From an uncultured virus (IMG/VR IMGVR_UViG_3300031087_000457) (Duplodnaviria > Heunggongvirae > Uroviricota > Caudoviricetes): a stretch of DNA of 20,000 bases. Positions within the stretch are counted from its first letter, which is position 1; each line of letters begins with the position of its first letter. The notes beneath the pieces were generated by a model. That model worked only from the letters and a program-made list of their open reading frames with translations. It had not been told where the DNA came from and did not search any database. The DNA lies in the IMG/VR virus record IMGVR_UViG_3300031087_000457. One strand, 5' to 3'. Both the position numbers and the translations under genes were made by a program. Shown in pieces: positions 15,877 through 20,000 of this stretch.

Positions 15877-18093
15877 ATGAAGAACGCTAAGAAGACATCC
15901 TGGAGGAAGCTCCTTGCCGGCTTCGCTGTCGGCGGCGTGCTCCTTTCCGGGCTAGCCGTGGTGAATGGGCCAGGCGGCGCTGGATCGCTGATCACAGATG
16001 CTAGTGCCGGTGTTTCCGGTGGCGGTGGTGGAGGCGGCGGTGGCGCTGGTGGTACCGGCTACGCTACCTGGCAGCAGATCTCTCGCACCAAGGCGATGAA
16101 CGGCACTATCCAGAACCTGCCTTCAGAGATCAACAGTGATGTCTGTCAGAACGCTGAGGCTTACTTCGCACTTGTGCCTAACTCGGTGGGGGCCAACGCT
16201 CAGCGAGATAGCTGGACCTTCAACCTCTACGGTGTGAGGGGACTCCAGGGTGCGGACTTTGCTGGTGGAGCTGACCTCGCAACTCGCATCGCCAACAATG
16301 TGGGCTGGAGCTACCAGCAGGGTAGGGACTACCTCTACCAGAAGAACTTCATCTGCCTCGACAATCCCAATGTGCTCGCCGAAAGGCAGTGGCGCTATGA
16401 AGTTCGCTCAAGCTCGTCGAAAGATTCTCTCAGCGAGAACCAGATCTACAACCTCGTTACTCAGGTCGCCCCTCAGCCCATCGAGGGCAAGGCTGATCCT
16501 GCTGGTGCGGCCAACCTCCACTCCCAGTCGGATGAGGTAAAGACCAACTACGGAAAGGTCTGGGATGACTTCAAGAAGGCTTCCACCGCAAGCGGTGCAA
16601 GCTCTAAGGACTTGGTGGAGCAGTTCAAGTCTCGCTTTGCTGATGCTAAGAGCAAGGATAAGTCCATCGCTAGGGGATCTGTCGATCTTGATGCAGCGAA
16701 CAGGACAGGTATGGGAGAGGGCGGTGTCCTTAACATCAGCGAGTTCTCTCGCATGGCCAAGGCAACTGCTTCGACCTCTACCACTAAGTACCAGGTCTGG
16801 CGTTGTGGATGGGACCGCTACACCAAGAGCGGCTGGCAGCCAAGTGCTGCTTGCGAGCGAGTCGGTGGAAGCTCCTTCAATCCCAACAGCCTCTCTCGCG
16901 GTAGCTTCAACAGCGCAATCTGGAAGAACAGCACCGAGCGCAACAGATACAATCCTGTGAAGTCCGGTCAGACTGAGTGGGAGCGATTCTCTAGCAGCGC
17001 TAGCAACAATCTTGCCACCCAGCAGAAGGTTGGATTCTGGCAGCTTCTCGCTGTTCACTGTAACCCTGCTGAGTTCGCAGCTCTCGTTAAGTCCATGGGT
17101 ACAGGCGGAACCGTGCTAAGCTCTGGAGACAGCAGCAACACCATCTCCGGCCTGATCCGTACGAGGTACTTCGATGCGCAGCCTGCAATTCTCCCGTTCG
17201 GAGATAGCAAGAACACCGATGCTGCCCGCAAGGCGACTTCGAAGCTTGGATTCTTCGACAAGGAGTGCCCCTTCGATTGTACTCCAATCAAGACGGGTAC
17301 CGGCGCCTCCTCTAAGAATGACGCCATCAACAATGTTGGAGCTACTGGTGCCACCAACGCAGCTAAGGGTAAGTACGGATCGCAGGTGGACAACATGACC
17401 ACCGACGATAAGAGCACTCACACCTACACCAATTCGAGCTACTCAGAGATGTTCCGTGACAACCAGGGTCGCACCGTTCGCCCCGATGTCTGGTACCCCG
17501 TATCAAACAAGGGTGTGGTCTACGACGGTTCTGCTCCCAAGAGCACACTGATCACTCGCTGGGCAGGCGGAACACCTACCCTCGGCGATGAGTTCCAGGT
17601 CTTCAGAGAGGTGACCAAGAGCGGCAGCACTACTCTTGATCCGCTCTTCGACCCAAAGACCAACGCTCAGCCCAACCAGAAGAACAGCTTCACTAGCGGT
17701 TCAGCATCTAGCTTCAAGGGCTCTACGGCAACACAGGTTCCGGGACTCGTGAACGAGCTGACTGTTCAGTCCTCTTGGGCATCGGATAGTGGAAAGCCTC
17801 AGGCTCTCCAGGTAGCATGGCAGTACGCACCCAAGGTGAACTCCAATGTGCCTTCGAGTTTGAGCTTTGCTACTGGTGGCACCAACATCAAGATTGGCTC
17901 GAATGTGACAGTGAGCACAAATGTTGACGGTCGATGCTGGGGTACCTTCGGAACGACTGCCACGACTTCGGCTGTGACTGATCTCGCCAACAACACGGGA
18001 AGTGGAAAGACCACCAACTTCACGACCCCCAACGGTAGCGTAGACAACGCTCGCAACCTGGTCCTGAACTTCGTTCGAGGTGCCAGCGAGTAA
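15877..18093 (+). CDS. Large secreted/surface protein (signal peptide, Gly linker, Ser/Thr/Asn-rich)
   Basis: MKNAKKTSWRKLLAGFAVGGVLLSGLAVV...ASA is signal-peptide-like, followed by poly-Gly and several Cys. ATG 15877 lies 1 nt after the upstream TGA and is preferred over 15865. Confidence 0.8.
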   Translation: MKNAKKTSWRKLLAGFAVGGVLLSGLAVVNGPGGAGSLITDASAGVSGGGGGGGGGAGGTGYATWQQISRTKAMNGTIQNLPSEINSDVCQNAEAYFALVPNSVGANAQRDSWTFNLYGVRGLQGADFAGGADLATRIANNVGWSYQQGRDYLYQKNFICLDNPNVLAERQWRYEVRSSSSKDSLSENQIYNLVTQVAPQPIEGKADPAGAANLHSQSDEVKTNYGKVWDDFKKASTASGASSKDLVEQFKSRFADAKSKDKSIARGSVDLDAANRTGMGEGGVLNISEFSRMAKATASTSTTKYQVWRCGWDRYTKSGWQPSAACERVGGSSFNPNSLSRGSFNSAIWKNSTERNRYNPVKSGQTEWERFSSSASNNLATQQKVGFWQLLAVHCNPAEFAALVKSMGTGGTVLSSGDSSNTISGLIRTRYFDAQPAILPFGDSKNTDAARKATSKLGFFDKECPFDCTPIKTGTGASSKNDAINNVGATGATNAAKGKYGSQVDNMTTDDKSTHTYTNSSYSEMFRDNQGRTVRPDVWYPVSNKGVVYDGSAPKSTLITRWAGGTPTLGDEFQVFREVTKSGSTTLDPLFDPKTNAQPNQKNSFTSGSASSFKGSTATQVPGLVNELTVQSSWASDSGKPQALQVAWQYAPKVNSNVPSSLSFATGGTNIKIGSNVTVSTNVDGRCWGTFGTTATTSAVTDLANNTGSGKTTNFTTPNGSVDNARNLVLNFVRGASE

Positions 18094-18112
18094 GCTGCAT
18101 GGCTAGTCCCCG

Positions 18113-18153
18113 AGAGGGAGCGTAGGTTTCGATCTACGCTCCCTCTTCCCTTT
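18113..18153 (+). terminator. Stem-loop, probable intrinsic terminator
   Basis: AGAGGGAGCGTAG pairs with CTACGCTCCCTCT (13 bp), extended by G.U and U-A pairs closing a UUCG loop. Followed by TCCCTTT. Confidence 0.75.
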
Positions 18154-18218
18154 GGCTGAAGTCGGCCCGTTGCTCGATACCATGGACCCGAAGATAGTCG
18201 AACCGGAGGTACGAGCTG

Positions 18219-19880
18219 GTGAACAGCGCGAACAAGAAGAAGAGCTACAGGGAGCTCAAGGCAGACCCCGTCATCAAGGCGCCACTCCTGGCCTGGATCC
18301 TAGACAGGAAGGCCGTCTACATCTCAGTGACGCTGGTCGGCTGCCTCGCGGCCGGAGCCTTCGTCTACCAGGGCTGGCAGTCCTACCAGGACATCATCGC
18401 TCCACCCAAGGATACCTCGCCCTATCGGGCCATCGACCCGGCTGAGTCTCAGGGTGTGCGCTGGGCGTCGAGCTTCGTAGTGAACAGCCACGGCGTAGCC
18501 GACTGGGAGGTCAAGGACTCCATCCAGCCCAACCACGGCTTCATGCAGGATGCAACTGGCAGCACTGCCGGTGAGGTTCCCGTTACTCTCCTCGCAACCC
18601 GGGTAGCCTCTGCCGGTCCCGTGAAGGCCATGGCTCAGATCTACGGAGCTGGACAGGCTCGGAAGCAGTACGATTTCTATGTGAGCAAACTCGCTGCTCG
18701 AGGCACCGTTGACAGCAAGCAGGTTTCGGACGCTGGAATCTACGGAGCGAAGTTCGACAACGGGTTCATCCTCGTGGCCGGAGACGCAATCGTCGGAGCT
18801 CAGACCGCCGACAACGGTCAGCGGGACAAGCTCTTCGGGGACTACCTCAGCTCCCTGGAGTCCACACTCCCTGAGTCGGGCTGCGCGAGCGTCTCAGGTG
18901 CCGACGAGTCGAAGCGCAGCATCTACTTCGATCCCAACTCCTTCCAGGGGCTCCTCGAGACCCGAAAGATCGATCCCCAGGTCAACACAGACAACCTCCC
19001 CACCGTCCAGGGCATCGGAGCCAAGGATGTGAGCAATCCCTACGCAACTGAGCCGGAAGGTCCTCTGCCCGCATCGCTGCCGAAGCTTCCCAGTGAGGTG
19101 GCCAAGCCCACTGTGGACAACGCTCCGGCAACAGTGAACAGCTTCCAGGAAGAAGCATCCTACCGGGTCAAGGATCCCGTGGGCCCTGGCTGCGGCTGGG
19201 ACTGGTCTGCTCAGAAGCCCCTCAAGTACAATGAGGCTGACCTGAAGGCCGCCAAGGAGAACACGCTCACCAAGGTCCAGAACGATGTGAACGGTAAGGC
19301 TCAGAGCTATGTGGACTCGAAGATCCAGTGGGCTCGACTCGCTGCGCTCATCGCACCTCAGCTCGACAGCTGGAATCACTATGTGCAGGATGTGAACGAG
19401 GTCCACGCCAAGTGGGACAAGCTCACCAAGGATCGTCAGGCCCTGCGGCCCGCCTGGGATCAGTACATCTCAGACCATGAGCTCTGGAAGAGCTTCGACT
19501 CCCGCAAGGCAGCAGCTCAGCAGAGCTATTCTCAGGCCCAGGATCAGTGTCTCGCCGACCGCAAGGCCCACGACGAGTGGGAGACCGAGTGGGGGCCCGA
19601 AGCCCTGAAGAAGAAGCAGGATGCCTGGAGAGAAGAGCAAGAATCTCAGAAGCCCAAGCCCTCTCCGAATCCGAGCTCCAACCCCACCTCTACTCCCAGC
19701 CCCTCTCCGAGCCAGAGCTCCGAGCCCACAAGCCCCATGCCGACTGCTCCCCCTGAGCCAGCAGACTGCACTGGATCTCCCGTGAGACCCGCGATCCTCG
19801 ATCAGCAGAAGCCGGCAGAGCCTGCACCTCCTACCATTCCCGAGGATGTGACCGTTCCGAGCTCCTGGCCGCAGCCCTAG
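18219..19880 (+). CDS. Membrane-anchored extracytoplasmic protein with coiled-coil and Pro/Ser-rich C-terminus
   Basis: GTG start after GGAGG. TM AVYISVTLVGCLAAGAFVY, a Trp-rich helical/coiled-coil segment, and a PKPSPNPSSNPTSTPSPSPS tail. Confidence 0.8.
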   Translation: MNSANKKKSYRELKADPVIKAPLLAWILDRKAVYISVTLVGCLAAGAFVYQGWQSYQDIIAPPKDTSPYRAIDPAESQGVRWASSFVVNSHGVADWEVKDSIQPNHGFMQDATGSTAGEVPVTLLATRVASAGPVKAMAQIYGAGQARKQYDFYVSKLAARGTVDSKQVSDAGIYGAKFDNGFILVAGDAIVGAQTADNGQRDKLFGDYLSSLESTLPESGCASVSGADESKRSIYFDPNSFQGLLETRKIDPQVNTDNLPTVQGIGAKDVSNPYATEPEGPLPASLPKLPSEVAKPTVDNAPATVNSFQEEASYRVKDPVGPGCGWDWSAQKPLKYNEADLKAAKENTLTKVQNDVNGKAQSYVDSKIQWARLAALIAPQLDSWNHYVQDVNEVHAKWDKLTKDRQALRPAWDQYISDHELWKSFDSRKAAAQQSYSQAQDQCLADRKAHDEWETEWGPEALKKKQDAWREEQESQKPKPSPNPSSNPTSTPSPSPSQSSEPTSPMPTAPPEPADCTGSPVRPAILDQQKPAEPAPPTIPEDVTVPSSWPQP

Positions 19881-19950
19881 GGTGGTTGCCCCGGGGTCGG
19901 AGGCCGGCCTTTCTGCCGGCTCTCAGCTGAAAGATAGGCTGTTCTGAGCG

Positions 19951-19991
19951 CGGGCGCTAGAGCATCGATAGCTTCGACGCTCTAGCGCCCG
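19951..19991. terminator. Long inverted repeat, probable (possibly bidirectional) terminator
   Basis: CGGGCGCTAGAGC-a-TCGA-tagct-TCGA-c-GCTCTAGCGCCCG. The A/C mismatch becomes G.U on the minus strand; TTT follows on the plus strand. Confidence 0.65.
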
Positions 19992-20000
19992 TTTCCCGTG

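Noticed and set aside
16018..16053. GGT/GGC repeat tract
   Set aside because: It encodes a poly-Gly linker with mixed codons; it is not a phase-variable or CRISPR-type repeat.
19650..19760. C-rich quasi-repeats
   Set aside because: Explained by the Pro/Ser low-complexity linker of the last CDS.
1..20000. CRISPR arrays, IS/transposase, integrase, phage structural genes, rRNA
   Set aside because: No regularly spaced repeats, terminal inverted repeats or diagnostic motifs were seen.

Overview
A GC-rich (roughly 60% by eye), densely packed window with 15 co-oriented + strand genes. It looks like part of a large actinobacterial-type mobile replicon (megaplasmid, ICE or phage-plasmid) rather than ordinary chromosome; this assignment is inferred. 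In order it encodes: the C-terminus of an SbcC/Rad50-type ABC ATPase, a CpaF/TadA/VirB11-family secretion ATPase, a divergent sigma-70-like protein, a small membrane protein, a canonical HU, a hypothetical protein, a second divergent HU/IHF-like protein, a GNAT acetyltransferase with a Cys cluster, two giant paralogous VirB6/TcpH-like membrane proteins, a protein with an internal DivIVA-like domain, a polytopic membrane protein, and three membrane-anchored or secreted proteins. Three signals stand out. (1) A (C/T)GATAT motif sits 34-41 nt upstream of most genes that follow an intergenic gap, a candidate promoter for the element's own sigma factor. (2) The tetramer ACGT appears to be completely absent from the 20 kb. 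(3) The gene set suggests a self-regulated, possibly pole-targeted conjugation/secretion machine. All assignments come from manual motif reading; no searches were run.
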